DNA of 64,000 nucleotides, taken from positions 69,773,321 through 69,837,320 of the forward strand of contig NC_057711.1 in assembly GCF_004010195.1 (NCBI RefSeq), given 5' to 3'. Below, one piece after another: positions 24,205 to 36,900 of this stretch (its first letter is position 1; each line of letters opens with the position of its first letter). Position numbers and translations under genes: made by a program. The notes beneath the pieces are model-generated. The model saw nothing but the letters and a program-made list of their open reading frames with translations. It searched no databases and had not been told where the DNA came from. Source of the stretch: Chiloscyllium plagiosum. Taxonomy: Eukaryota.

Positions 24205-24895
24205 AACCTGTATATGGAAGCAGACCCCTTGGTCCAATTTGTCCTCGCTGACCCAGATTTCCCAAACTAAACCAGTTCCATTCGGCTGTATCCCTCTAAA
24301 CATTTTCTAATTATGTACCTGTCCAAATGTCTTCTAAATGCTGGAATTGTACTTGGCTCTGCCACTTCCTCTGGCAGTTTGTTGCACATACGTACCACCC
24401 TCTGTGTGGAAAAAGTTGCCCCTCAGGTCCCTTTAAAATTTTTCCCTTCTCACCATAAATCTATGCTGCCTAGATTTGGATTTCCCTACACTGGGAAAAA
24501 GACCTTTGTTAATCACATCTGCGCCTCTCATAAACCTCAATAGGGTCACCCCTCAGCTTCCGATGCTCCAGGAGAAAAAAGTCCCAGCCTTTCCCTATAG
24601 CTCAAACCCCCCAGTCTCAGTAACATCCTTGTAAATCTTTTCTGCACCCCCTCCAGTTTAATAATATCCTACTATAGCAGGGCAACCAGAACTGTACGCA
24701 GTACTCCAAAAATGACCTTGCCAATGACTTATACAGCTGCAACATGACGATCCAACTCCTATACTCTATCCTCTGACCAATGAAGGCAAGATTGACAAAC
24801 TTCTCCTCCTTCACCCGGTCTCCCTGTGATGCCACTTTCAAGGAGCTATGTACCTGCACGCTTAGGTATATCTGTTTGGCAACACTCCCTACCAT
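24205..24895 (-). mobile_element. HER1/CR1 LINE 3' fragment
   Basis: ORF 24617-25054 VQVHSSLKVASQ...LEYCVQFW. Confidence 0.85.
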
Positions 24896-26608
24896 GTGGA
24901 AAATCCTATTAGTCACTAATGCCAATTGGGGAACAAAAGCTGTCATCAGGAGTACCATCGGACTTTCCTGAAAATGTAATGACAATCTGGTGAAGTACAG
25001 CAGAACTACGAACGTGCTAAACAGTGGAAACTGTATAGTTAAGGACAGGAGCATGTCACTAATATCTGTGATAAGCTAGAAGAACACAAATCTTCTCTAA
25101 TAGTTTATGGCCACTGTTATGACACTCACTGATCTATCTTTCCCTGGCATATCCGTACTATCCTTTTTGAAAGTGGAACCACATTAGCTGTCCTGCAATC
25201 CTCTGTCAGCATCCCTGCCATTACTTACACTTCTCGTAATTTGTTTATGTTTGATTCTGTATCACTCCCTGAATGTTTGGGGGTCCAATGTACACATCGA
25301 ACAGCATGTTTGCCCCAATGTGTTTTTTACTTCAACCCATGTAGCCTCATTAGGTGATCACTTCTCACCGCTGTCATTGATTCCTTGATCAATATTGCAA
25401 ATGCCCTACCTTTTGTGCACCCCATTCTGTGTCCCCTACCCATTTACATCTTCATCCTGCTCCTCTCTCATCTGCTCCTTTTCATTCTCCTCCTCTTCTG
25501 TCGCCTCCCCTTCGTCTTCTGACTTGCCTCTCTGAATACCCTTTAGCCAGAAATGTTGAGCTGCCAATCCTGGCCATCTTTCAGCCATAGCTATGATGTT
25601 CCCATGTTTCTATCTGGCTCAGCTTGTCTGCCTTACTGTTCAGGCTCCTCACATTAAAATAAATTCCATTTAAGAATGCTAAATTCACTTCTTTCTTATC
25701 TAGCCTTCCAGACTGTCTCTCTAGCACTTTGACTTCTATTTCCATCACAGCTTCTCCGAACCGGTTGTCAGGATCCCACTCCCCCTTGTCAATCTAGTGT
25801 GAATCCATTTCAACAGCATTAACAAACTTCCCTGCAAATGCATTTGTCCTGTATTTGTTCAGATGTAACCTGACCACCTCCCCCAGAAACAGACCCCATG
25901 TGTCAGGAATCTAAAGCTGTCTCTCCAATCATCTGCTCTGTCCTACTCCTGTAATGACTACTACATAGCAGTGTTTATTGTAGGCTAATTCAGTTTATTT
26001 ATAATTAATAAACCCAACGACCACTAATAACGAGCAGGTTTTGACTTCTAAAGCTGTTGGAGGCTGAAGAAAGGTCTGAGAATGGGCACTGATTTACCAA
26101 GTGAACCAAATTCCTGATGTCCCACCTGAATGGCAGTTCACTCGGGCATCGTCTTCTCTCCATTGCATTCCTTACTCAGATGTTGAGTTAGAAAGCCACA
26201 AATCCAAGTTTTCCAATGAAAAGAAAAAGGGCAACATGTAAACATGGTAAATAGAACCATAAAAACATGTAAAGATGTTGCTGAATTGTGGTAAATGGAT
26301 TTCAGTGGAGCAAATGCGAGGTTGTCTAGATAGTCCAGAGTGGTAACTCACAAACGATTAAGTCATATAAAGTCCACGATGTTGGTTATAGTACCTTGGC
26401 ATGGATAGAGAATTGGCTTAGGGGCAGGAAACAGTGAGTGGAGGTAAACGGTTCTTTCTCATGTTGGCGACCTGTGATAAGTGGGGTTCCACACAGATCA
26501 GTAGTGTGGCCACAATTGTTTACAATATGTATTAAATACTTGGAGGAAGGAAGTGAATATACTGCAGCCAGATTTGTAGATGATACAAAAATAGGTGGAA
26601 GAGCACGG

Positions 26609-26916
26609 TGGGCGGCATGGTGACACAGTGGTTAGCACTGTTGCCTCACAGCGCCTGAGATCCGGGTTCAATTCCCGCCTCAGGCGACTGACTGTGTGGA
26701 GTTTGCATGTACTCCCCGTGTCTGCGTGGGTTTCCTCCGGGTGCTCCGGTTTCCTCCCACAATCCAAAGATGTGCAGGTCAGGTGAATTGGCCATGCTAA
26801 ATTGCCCGTAGTGTTAGGTAAGGAGTAAATGTAGGGGTATGGGTGAGTTGCGCTTCGGCGGGTCTGTGTGGACTTGTTGGGCCGAAGGGCCTGTTTCCAC
26901 ACTGTAATGTAATCTA
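26609..26916 (+). mobile_element. HE1-type V-SINE, young full-length copy
   Basis: A/B-box head (TGACACAGTGG, GGTTCAATTCC), V-domain, HER1-like tail, TAATC end. Confidence 0.9.
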
Positions 26917-27220
26917 AAAAAAGCAGGTTGTAAGAGGGATACAAACAGTTTACATGAGATATTAAATTGTTAAGTAAGCAGGCAACAAGTTGGCAAATGC
27001 AGAGTAATGTGGAAAAGCGTGAAGTTATTTATTTCAGAAGGGAGAACGAAAAGAATAGTAGTATTTAAATGGAAAACTGCTGAAAGCTGCAAAGCAAAGG
27101 AACTTGAGGGTATTTGCACGAAATACAGAAAGCTAGCACATAGGTGCATCAGGAAGGCACATGCAATATTGGCCCTTTTTTCAACGGGGTTGGAGTATAA
27201 GAATAGGGAAGTCTTACTGC

Positions 27221-27548
27221 GGCGTGGTGGCTCAGTGGTTAGCACTGCTGCCTCACAGTGCCAGGGACCTGGATTCAATTCCCACCTCGGGGAACTGTCT
27301 GTGTGGAGTTTGCACATTTTCCCTGTGTCTGCGTGGGTTTCCTCCAGGTGCTTCGGTTTCCTCCCACAGTTCAAAAGATGTGCCAGTTGAGTGAATTGGC
27401 CATGCTAAATTGCCTGTAGTGTTAGGTACATTAGTCAGGAGTAAATATAGGGGAATGGGTCTGGATGGGTTACTCTTTGGAGGTTCGGTGTGGACTTGTT
27501 GGGCCGAAGGACCTGATTCCACCTGTAGAGAATCTAATCTATTCTTAA
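27221..27548 (+). mobile_element. HE1-type V-SINE with 9-bp TSD
   Basis: TCTTACTGC at 27212-27220 and 27549-27557. Confidence 0.9.
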
Positions 27549-28629
27549 TCTTACTGCAACTCTACACTGTGCTGGTGAGACCACTGTGAACAGTTTTGCC
27601 CCCCTTATTTAAGGAAAGATATCATTTCTTGCATGCAATTCAAAGGAGGTTCACTAGGATGATCCCTGGTACGGAGAGATTGCTTTTTCAGCAAAGGCTA
27701 AATAGGTTGGGACGTGAGTTGAGTTTGAGTTGTAAAAATGAGAGCTGATCTCATTGAAACACATAGCACTTATCCTGCCAAGCCCCTAAGGAATCCTGAG
27801 AGGATGTTTCCCATCATGGGAAAGTCTATGACCTAAGTGCATGGTCTCAGAATAAAGGGGTGCCAATTTAAGACTGGGACGGGGAGGAATTTCTTCTGAG
27901 GGATGAGTATTGTTGGAACTCCCACAGAGAGCTGTTGGGGCAGAGTCCTTGTGTACACTTAAGCCTGAAATAGATTCTTGCTCAATGGAGAAATCAAAGC
28001 TTAAGGGGACAAGGCATGCAAAGTGGATGTGAGGAATGTTGGATCAAGCATGATCCTATTGAATGGCAAGCAGGCTCGAGGGGCCGAACGGCCTACCGCT
28101 GTTCCTGTTTCTTATTGTCTTTTGGATTCCAAATGATAAGAAGCTGCAAACATTGGAAGTTTATAATTGCCCAAAATTTAAATAACTTTTTCCAGATGAT
28201 TAAAATGCAAGTGGGTGGAAGTCATGCTGTAACAATGCAAGAATCTAATTAAGCCACACCTGCAGGACTAAGGGTGTAGGATGCCAAGCCTCAAGGAAAT
28301 ACATTGGTCTTGAAAGGAATGCAGAATACGTGTACCAGATTAACTAAGTAAAGATTACACAAACTGGAAGAGAATTTATAAGATAAAATAATCTCTTGAT
28401 TAAATAATCAGAGCTTACAAGGTATTAGAGGGACCAGATAGGATAGATTGGAATGTGTTGTGCTGACTTGGGGGTATAAGATTTGTTCCCCAAGTCTAAA
28501 ATTTAAAGTTAGACCTTCCATGAATGATATTGGGTGACATGTCTACATGTAATGGGTAGTAGAGGTTTCAAACTCCATTTCAGGAACACCAATAGATCAT
28601 AGATCAATTGTTAACTTTAAAAGCGATTG

Positions 28630-28694
28630 TGGATCAGTGGTGCTGGAAGCACAGCAATTCAGGCAGCATCCGAAAAGCTTCGAAATTGACGTTT
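28630..28694 (-). mobile_element. PLE tail fragment, part of a chimeric insertion (28630-28753)
   Basis: Matches the 5026-5093 module; outer TSD TTTAAAAGCGATTG at 28616-28629 and 28754-28767. Confidence 0.8.
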
Positions 28695-28711
28695 ATCGCG
28701 TTTAAAGCAGA

Positions 28712-28748
28712 GCCCAGATAGCTCAGTCGGTAGAGCATCAGACTTTTA
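28712..28748 (+). pseudogene. tRNA-Lys(UUU) 5'-half retrocopy (nt 1-37)
   Basis: GCCCAGATAGCTCAGTCGGTAGAGCATCAGACTTTTA, 36/37 to the recalled vertebrate tRNA-Lys-TTT; ends just after the anticodon; no T arm. Confidence 0.9.
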
Positions 28749-28974
28749 TCGCGTTTAAAAGCGATTGGTAGAGTTGTTTATTAACCAAAGGGATTCGGGT
28801 ATATGAGACAAAGGTGGCTGTTTGCAACTCAGGCCTAGTTCATTCATGATTTCATTGAGGGCGTAAATAGCCGACTTAGTGCATATAATTAAGTTTATTT
28901 GAAGTACTTTAGAATATTATTTCATGTTAAAAACACTATTCATTGCAAATTCATTTATGACATGCACGCACTGA

Positions 28975-29310
28975 TAGAATAATAGCAACATCATTGGGTT
29001 ACTCGTTTCAATCACTGATCAAGTCTCACGTGGCAGATAGTGGAATTTAAATTCAATTCATCAATAAATCTCTCATTAATAGACATGGAACCACATGATT
29101 GAAATTTTTTAAAACAAAGCATCTGGCTCATTAATGCCTTTTAGGGAAAGAGATCTGCTGTCTTTACCTGATTTGGCCCACATGTGACTCTTGATCTACA
29201 GCAATGTGGTTGACTTATTTGCTTTCTGAAATGGCTTATCAGTCCACTCATTTCATGGGCAGTTAGGAGTGGGTAACAAACATTGCCTCTGCTTGTGACA
29301 CTCACATAAG
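28975..29310 (+). mobile_element. SacSINE1/Deu-type SINE remnant
   Basis: CATCTGG.TCA.TAATG..TTTAGGGAA.GA.ATCTGC...CACATGTGACTC...CAGCAATGTGGTTGACT; related minus copies at ~21195-21465 and ~59700-60345. Confidence 0.65.
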
Positions 29311-31399
29311 GGCAAACATAGGGGAATCCAATCTGATGGTTTGGAGCAGAAGGACACATCAGATGAGATGCTGAAAAGTTACAGGGAAGTGATGAGTGGC
29401 TTCATGATGAGACATGAAGGAAAGACAAAGTCATTGCTGAAGAGAGATTAGATGAAAGAACCACATGGGAGAAACATTAGAGGACAGAAGTGAAGGAGTC
29501 TGAGTAAAGGCATTAAATGTGTTTCAGTTAAAAAGGATAAATGTCTTCGTGAAAATGAAATTAGATTCACTTCAGACCCAGAATAGCCGAAACCTGAATT
29601 AGCCCTGTAATACTGGTAGCCATCATAAATCCCGAGCTGTGTGTTTATTAGGTTAAACACAGAGACATTAAAGTTCACGGTTTATGTGAACTAGGCCCTG
29701 ACCTTTGAATGGTACTATGGAGAGATACGAGCATTTTGTTAACTTCAAACTGGCGCTTTGCTCAAGTGAACATGCAACTGAAGTAGCCATTTTTGTAATA
29801 TCATACGCATAGGCTTGAGGCTATTAGATCAATAGTGACAAGATCAGTCAGCACTTAGCAATTTGCTAATGCTTGCAGTTTGTGTTATTTATGATGTTTT
29901 GAAATTAAAAACACAGGAGGCAATTAGCCTTTTTGTATGCACTGGCTGAAAAAGAGCAATCAAACTTAATTCATTTCATAGTTGTGAGTTTGTAGCTTTG
30001 GAGGTTACAATATTTGGAATGGATGTGTTTATATATGGGCCTAAGATCTCTGCCTTTTAATACTCTTTCACACAATGAGTTTGAGACTTTCTCCACCTCT
30101 TGGTGAAAAAATAAATTCTCTTCAATTCTATCCTAATCTTTTAACAATTACTTTAAACCTGTGCTCCCTGGTAATTTAGTCTCTGCGATCAAATGTCAGT
30201 TCTTCCTATCCACTGTACCTTGGCCCCACGTAATATTGTACACTTCAATTAAATCTTCCCTTACCTACCTCTATTCCAAAGAAAGCAAGCCCAATCGATC
30301 CGATCTTTCCTTTTGTAGGTAAACTTTTCCACAACTGGCAACATATTTGTTAAGATCCTTTTGTATCCTTTCTTGTCATCACAGTCTGGAATGTAGTGAC
30401 TAAAGCTGTACGCAGTACTTTGGCTGTGGCCTAGTTAGTGTTTTATGCAGTTCAAGCACAATTTCTCTGCTAAGATACTGTTATGTTCAACAAATTAAAG
30501 AAAATAATCCAATGTACATTCTTAAATCAGGTCATAAAATTGCTTAATATGACTTTATAATTTTCCATGTAATATTTATTGTACTTGTATATGCTGTGTT
30601 GACTTCTTTTGTTTGCCTTGTGATCAGTTTGAATGAGATACAGAGATGGACAGTAACATTCAACCACCTCCCAAATGGCCTGCTGGTGGGATCAACTAAT
30701 ATTCAGCAAATATTGGGAAATGTATATTGAGGTGACTCAAATAATCGTCCAAATATTAACAACGCTTTCGAGCATGCTTGACACTTTGGGTTGTAGATGC
30801 TGTTATACCTGAATTACTGAATTGAAACAGAGAGCAATTACAGCTATAAACTTAACTCTGATTATATTTAATATGTTGAATTCTCACCACTCACTATCTG
30901 CATTAAGCTTTCTGAATAAGCTCCCAGGTTTCCTGTGCAACATTTTTCATGTTCTAGAACTGTAAGACATATAAAAGCAACTTCTAACATTGGAATCCCA
31001 ATTTTCAATAATACGTTGAGACTGAGAATATTATGAAGAATTGTTTTTTGTTTGACTGCTAGAATCTGATATCTTGTGACATCTCATGAATTAATAAATA
31101 GCAAAATTAAGTGGCTGGTCTTCAAGTAATACATAAGCACAAATCAAAAATGTTGATTACATTGTAGAATGATCAATGACTGTTGTTGAATGTTTATTGA
31201 TTCATATGGAATGTCTGTTGTGTGAAAAGTGATCAGACAATTTTTCACCTGACTCGGCTGCCAGAGTGTTGCTTTATTGACAATGAGATCGTACAACTGC
31301 ATCATATATCAGAAATATGATGCAGTAATGCTGAGTTCCTTTTTTTTTTGCTAAATTTAGTTTTGAAAGTAAGAACTGAACACAGCAAAGGTCATGCAA

Positions 31400-33280
31400 A
31401 GGTTTTTCTATGTTGGGCTACTTATGGTAAGGGTACTGGTGTTGGAGGTTGTAATAGCTAACTAATAGGGTTGGAGAGTTGGGATAACAAAGATACATAG
31501 TGGAATGTCAGAAGAATCAGTGCTGGGGCCACAATTATTTACAAAATATATATATTAAAGACTTGGTTAGGAAAGTGAATGTAACATAACCAAGTTTGTG
31601 GATGACATAATATTAGGTGGGAATGCAAGTACTGAGAATGACACACAGGGCCTGCAGAGGGATATAGATAAGTTAGGTGAATGAATACGAATTTGGATAT
31701 AATATGGGAAATTGTAGGATAATGCACATGGCCAGGAAGAATAAAAGAGTTGAATATTGTTTACATGGGGAAAGACTGCAGAAAACTACAGCACAGAGGG
31801 ATTTGGGAGTCCTCATGCATAAATTATAGAACATTAGCATCCAAGTTCAGGTATTAAAGTCCTCGAGATGTACAGCATATAAACAGACCCTTCGGTCCAT
31901 CTCGTCCATGCCGACCAGATCTCCCAAAATAATCTAATCCCATTTGCCAGCACTTGGCCCATATCACTCTAGACACTTCCTATTTAGGAACCCATTCAGA
32001 TACCTTTTTAAATGTTGCAAATGTACCAGCATCTGCCACTTCCTCTGGTAGCTCATTCCATACTCGCACCAAATGGAATTTTGGCCTTCATTTCAAAGAG
32101 AATAGAGTATAAAAGTAGAGAAGTTTTGTTGAAAATATACTAGTCAGACCTCATCTAAAAATATAACTGTTTTGGTCCCCTTAACTAGGGAAAGATACAC
32201 CGGCATTGAGATAATCCAGAGATGGTTCACTTGGCTCATTCCAGGTATGGAGACACTTATGAGGGGAGGTTGAGTTGGTTGCCCCTGCACTCACTGGAAT
32301 TCAGAAGAATCTTATTGAAACATATGACATTCTTAATGGAGTTGACTGCGTAGCTGCTCAAAGGTTGTTTCTCATTGTGGGATTATCTAGAACCAATGGC
32401 ATAATCTTAGGGAAAGGGTCACCCAGTAAAGATGAAGAGGAACTTTTTGTTGAGTCGTACAGCACAGAAGCAGACCATTCAGTCCAAGACTTCCATGCTG
32501 AACATAATCCTAAATGAAACTAGTCCCACCTGGCTGTTCCTAGCCCATTTCCCTTCAAACTTTTCTTATTCAAGTACAGTGCTTATCCAAATGTCATTGA
32601 AATGTTGTAATTATATCCACATACACCACTTCCTCAGGAAGTTTATTCTACCAGCGAACCATCCTCTATGTTAAAAGAAATTGCCCCTCATGTCTTTTTT
32701 AAATCTCTCCCATCTTAAAAATGTGCCTCCTAATCTTGAAATCCCCTATCCTAGTGAAAAGGCAACTACCATTAACTTCATCTATACATCTCATTATTTT
32801 ATAAACTTCTATAAGGTTGCCTCTCAGCATCCTATGCTCCAGTAAAACAAATCGCAACCTATCCAGCCTTTCTTTGTAACTCAAACCTTCCATACCTGGC
32901 AACATCCTGGTAAATCTCTTCTGAATCCTTTCTATAACTGGGTGACCAGAATTGGACACAGTATTCCAGAAGAGGCCTTACCAATGTCTTTACAATCTCA
33001 ACATGACTTCCCAATACACAAAGGACAGAACAATGAAGACAAGCATGCCAAAACCTTTGTGACCATCCTGCCTGTATCTCGGAGGGTAATGAATCTGTGG
33101 AATTCTTTATCATGGAGGGCTGTTGAGACTGAGTTAGTAAATAAATTCAAGGCTGAGTTAGACACATTTTTAATTAGGAAGGGAATTACGAATTGTGTTG
33201 AAAAGACAGGAAAATAGAGTTGAGGATTATCAGATGAGCCATATGGACTGAATGACTACTTCTGCTCTTATGTCTTATTG
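31400..33280 (+). mobile_element. Old CR1 remnant with two antisense HER1 3' insertions (~31855-32070, ~32452-33075)
   Basis: KFVDD-like segment at ~31590; minus ORFs ERIQKRFTRMLPGMEGLSYKERL and LVRPLLEYCVQFWSP. Confidence 0.7.
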
Positions 33281-36200
33281 TCAATTTGCACACATCAAAT
33301 ATTGAATGTTTCAAGGATTAATATTACCAAAACTCAATGAAATTGTTAGATTTCAGTGAATATATCTTTTGGATTCTTCATGTGTGCCGTTGTCAAGAAC
33401 AGTAGGCCAATTAGGTCTGATATGAGAAGAAATGTCTTCACCCAGAGAGAGCTGAATTCACTGCCATAGAAAGCATGCAAGGCCAAAACATTGCATGTCA
33501 ATAGAGCTAAAGAGATTTAATTGATATGGAGGAAAAGTAGGAACAGGCTACGAGTTGGATGATTTGTCATGATCATATTAAATGATGAAGTAAGCTCGAA
33601 GGCTAAATTGGCTATTCCTCTTTTCTATTTCTTTTATGATTTTGAGTTTAACTTGTCTTCCCCTTCTTAACAGACCAAATACATCATTAGTCATTTTTAG
33701 AGTTTAATTTTGTGCCTCGGAATTTGGGGGTCTGTTTTGTTTACATGAATTTCAATGAGGCATTACAGCCTTTACTTAACGAGCTAGAGAGATTTAACAG
33801 TTTAATACATTTATAAAAAGTATGTTGCCTTGTGACACTAATCCATCAATACTGAGAAACAAAATAACCCAGAGGATGGGGCAGTTTGTGGGGAGATATG
33901 CCAAGGCAAGGTGACAGTTGAGTTTAGAAAACTTGTATATTTGTTCTGAAGTTTCAAATAGTAGTGAGTTACATTTGCATGTGTCTCTCCACAAGATAAC
34001 GACAAATGAAGGCATAATTATCCAGTGACAGCAAAGAGAGTCACCAATAAGAAGACTGTTACAACTGTCTCAACCTGAAAATTAACTGGAATCTTTAGTG
34101 TGGTGACTGTTCTGAGGTTTTTGTGCTTATAAGGTTATTGTTGGCATAAAAAGGATGGTGTAGTTTGAAGTTGAATCTTTTTCTAATAGAGGAAATTGAG
34201 TTTTAGAATTTTTAAAAATTTTACCATTTCTTAAAGCATTGAATACTGTTAAAATCAATTGAGGTGAAATATGTAATGAAATACATATCACATAACAGAA
34301 TAAATTCAATCTGACCAGAAATAACACAGAACTGTCCTTTTATAACAATTCTTGAACAGTTGAGGGGAAGGAAGTAGCTAATACCTAATACAGATTACAT
34401 AAGAGTGCATTAACTATATTTATTTACTTCAGTTAATGCAGTTGGGAAACATTTCATAAGTGACACGATCATGGTCACAATAATGGCAGAGGCCTTGTGA
34501 TCCTCTGGAGAGGTACACCAATGCAATGGAAGTAATAGAAATAGAATAAAGGAAACAATGAAGCATTGTAAGTGTAGGAATAAATGCGTTGTTTGTACTT
34601 GCAACCAGCTAAACTGGTAAACTATAGCTGTACAATAGCAGTCTTGCCTCTTTAGTTTTATCAAGTGAATATGCCCTGTTCTTATTGGATTCAAGGGATT
34701 TCTCCCAATATACGTTAAAATGAAGCATTAAAGCAATGCATAGCAATAACTTTTGTCCTTCCCACCCTCAGAAAATCTTACCCTCTTGTCAAAATACAGT
34801 ACACGTTCATGAAAATCTAAGGAAATAATGGAATTACTGAGTTATTTTGACAAGTCAAGTGATGGGTTATTTTTCTGTATTATGGGAGTGGGAGTATGTT
34901 CATTTTATGGTTCACCATTATATTGTGGCCTTGATGATGGGAACGTGAAAATCTGTTGAGGGTGTTGCTGACAGGAGACAGATTCCAATCACTTTTTCTG
35001 GCGTGATAGAATAATGTTTCCACAATAGTTCATTTAAAAAGCTGAACTGTGAAGAAATAGTGCTGAGCCATGTTTTTATCTGCTGGGAGCTGAGAAGTTA
35101 ACACTCCATTTGTCAAAGGAGTTTTTGCAATAACTTGATAATGTTATCACATCATGAGTGAATGTTGCTTGGTCTGACCTCACTGGTTGCTAGGATACAA
35201 ACAATACGCTAAACAATTTTATCTGTTAAAATAAAATAACTGTGAATTGTTTTCTTCATCTGCGCAGTCTTGTTTTATTTATCACACAGAAATGAACAAT
35301 ATTTTCCCATGTTTTGGTCAAAGACAGTATGACCTTGCATCATCACCAGTGTCCGGAAGCCCAGATAAGGACAGGAAAATAATAGAGTACAAGGGAAACA
35401 GCTTACTGTAATTATTTGTAGCTTGTCAAGTAAAGCCCTTAGGCCCACTGATTCAAATCTAAGAAATCTGCACATTCCTGCAGACTAACCTTAGCTAACA
35501 TCAGACAAATATTGCCTATGTTCTCCGACAGTACTGAAATTGCACCAGTTTGTCATGTACTCTGCTTGTAGCCATTGAACAATATTATTTTCTTGCAAAT
35601 GGTTCCTGGTGAGAATCCCCAAGATGCTCTCTCTGGTATCTGACTTTTGCCCTGTGATTTGTCATGTCCCTTTTGCTATCAGCATACAGTAATTTTAATA
35701 GATTCTGATGGTTTGCTTGTGGGATGGAGGAATGTAGATTGTGTCAGCTTTTGCTATATATACATATTGTGCTAAGTCTTCATCACTGAAAGCTCAACAT
35801 ATCAGAATGGATGTAGTTTTCATTCAGAATAGACAACTTCATTTTTGAGAGCTGGTAGCATTCTCTTTAGTATATCCCTTTAATGGTGCTAATGGTATAA
35901 AAGGTGAACTTTATCTATGTGTGCATATAATGTCTTTGAAAGGCAATTTTGTAATAAAGAATTTTGTAATTAAAAAAAACAATTATATTGTGTCTAGAGA
36001 TTTTTGCTCTTTGCTATTGTATCTCATTATTGAAGAGCAATATATAAAGCATGGCAAAGACAACACTGTGTTTCTCCACAGTGCCAGATGCTCGATAATA
36101 ATGAGTGAAAATGGTAGCAATAGCATTTCAGTATCTTGTTCAAAACACTTTTTTGCCAAGTGATTTTTTTTTGGTGAAGTGGCATTCATGGAATCCCCCA

Positions 36201-36539
36201 TCATCAAAGGCTAAGTCTTTCCACTGAAAAATTTCCAAGAACAAAATGTTTGCCTGTTCTCTTCATTCTTAGGTACCTATTGAAATGGGTGTTGCCCCTC
36301 AATAGCTCGATGACTTACAGGAAAGGTAATCGGGCAGCGTTTGAAATAATTTGGGATAGATAGAACGAGGATACCGTAACTGGAAAATAGGAGTAAGGTA
36401 TAGAAAGGAGTGTGCATTGAATAGAGTATTACTTACTTGAGAATAAAGTATTTCCATATTAGGTTGATGGGGGTTGAAGCTAAGAATAACTTTGAGGATT
36501 ACAGAAGTGTTCAGAATATATTCGTGTAAGCACATACCT

Positions 36540-36900
36540 TCAGGGAGCTGCTCCAAACAAGTGAGCTCAGATTGTGCGTGATTGACAGAGGTAAACATTC
36601 CCTTCTCTTTCTTATTGACCAATCAGCAACCTTTAACACGTTGACCGCATCATCTTCCTCCAAAGCTGCTCCACCGTCTACCTGTTGGCTAGGCCTGCGC
36701 TCATCTGATACCATTAATTATAGCCAGAGTATCACTTGCCGCCCCTTCCCTTTCTGTTCCTACACAGTACTTTCTGGTTCTCCATGCCTGCACTCCAATC
36801 TATCCCTGTTTCTCATTTACATGCTACACCTTGCAACATAATGTGAAAGCACAACATAGGCTTTTACATGAACGTTGATGACACTGAGCTCTTGGCTCCC
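36540..36900 (+). mobile_element. L2-type LINE RT remnant
   Basis: DRGKHSLLFLIDQSATFNTL resembles the L2 'D.G..SLLVLLDLSAAFDTV' motif. Confidence 0.55.

Larger units (their letters stand above)
26260..28115 (+). mobile_element. Old CR1 LINE (RT to 3' end) hosting two SINEs
   Basis: FSCWRPVISGVPH..., FVDDTKIGG; 3' tail at ~28040-28115. Confidence 0.75.

Noticed and set aside
28712..28748. Functional tRNA-Lys gene
   Set aside because: Only nt 1-37 present; no B-box, T arm or acceptor 3' strand
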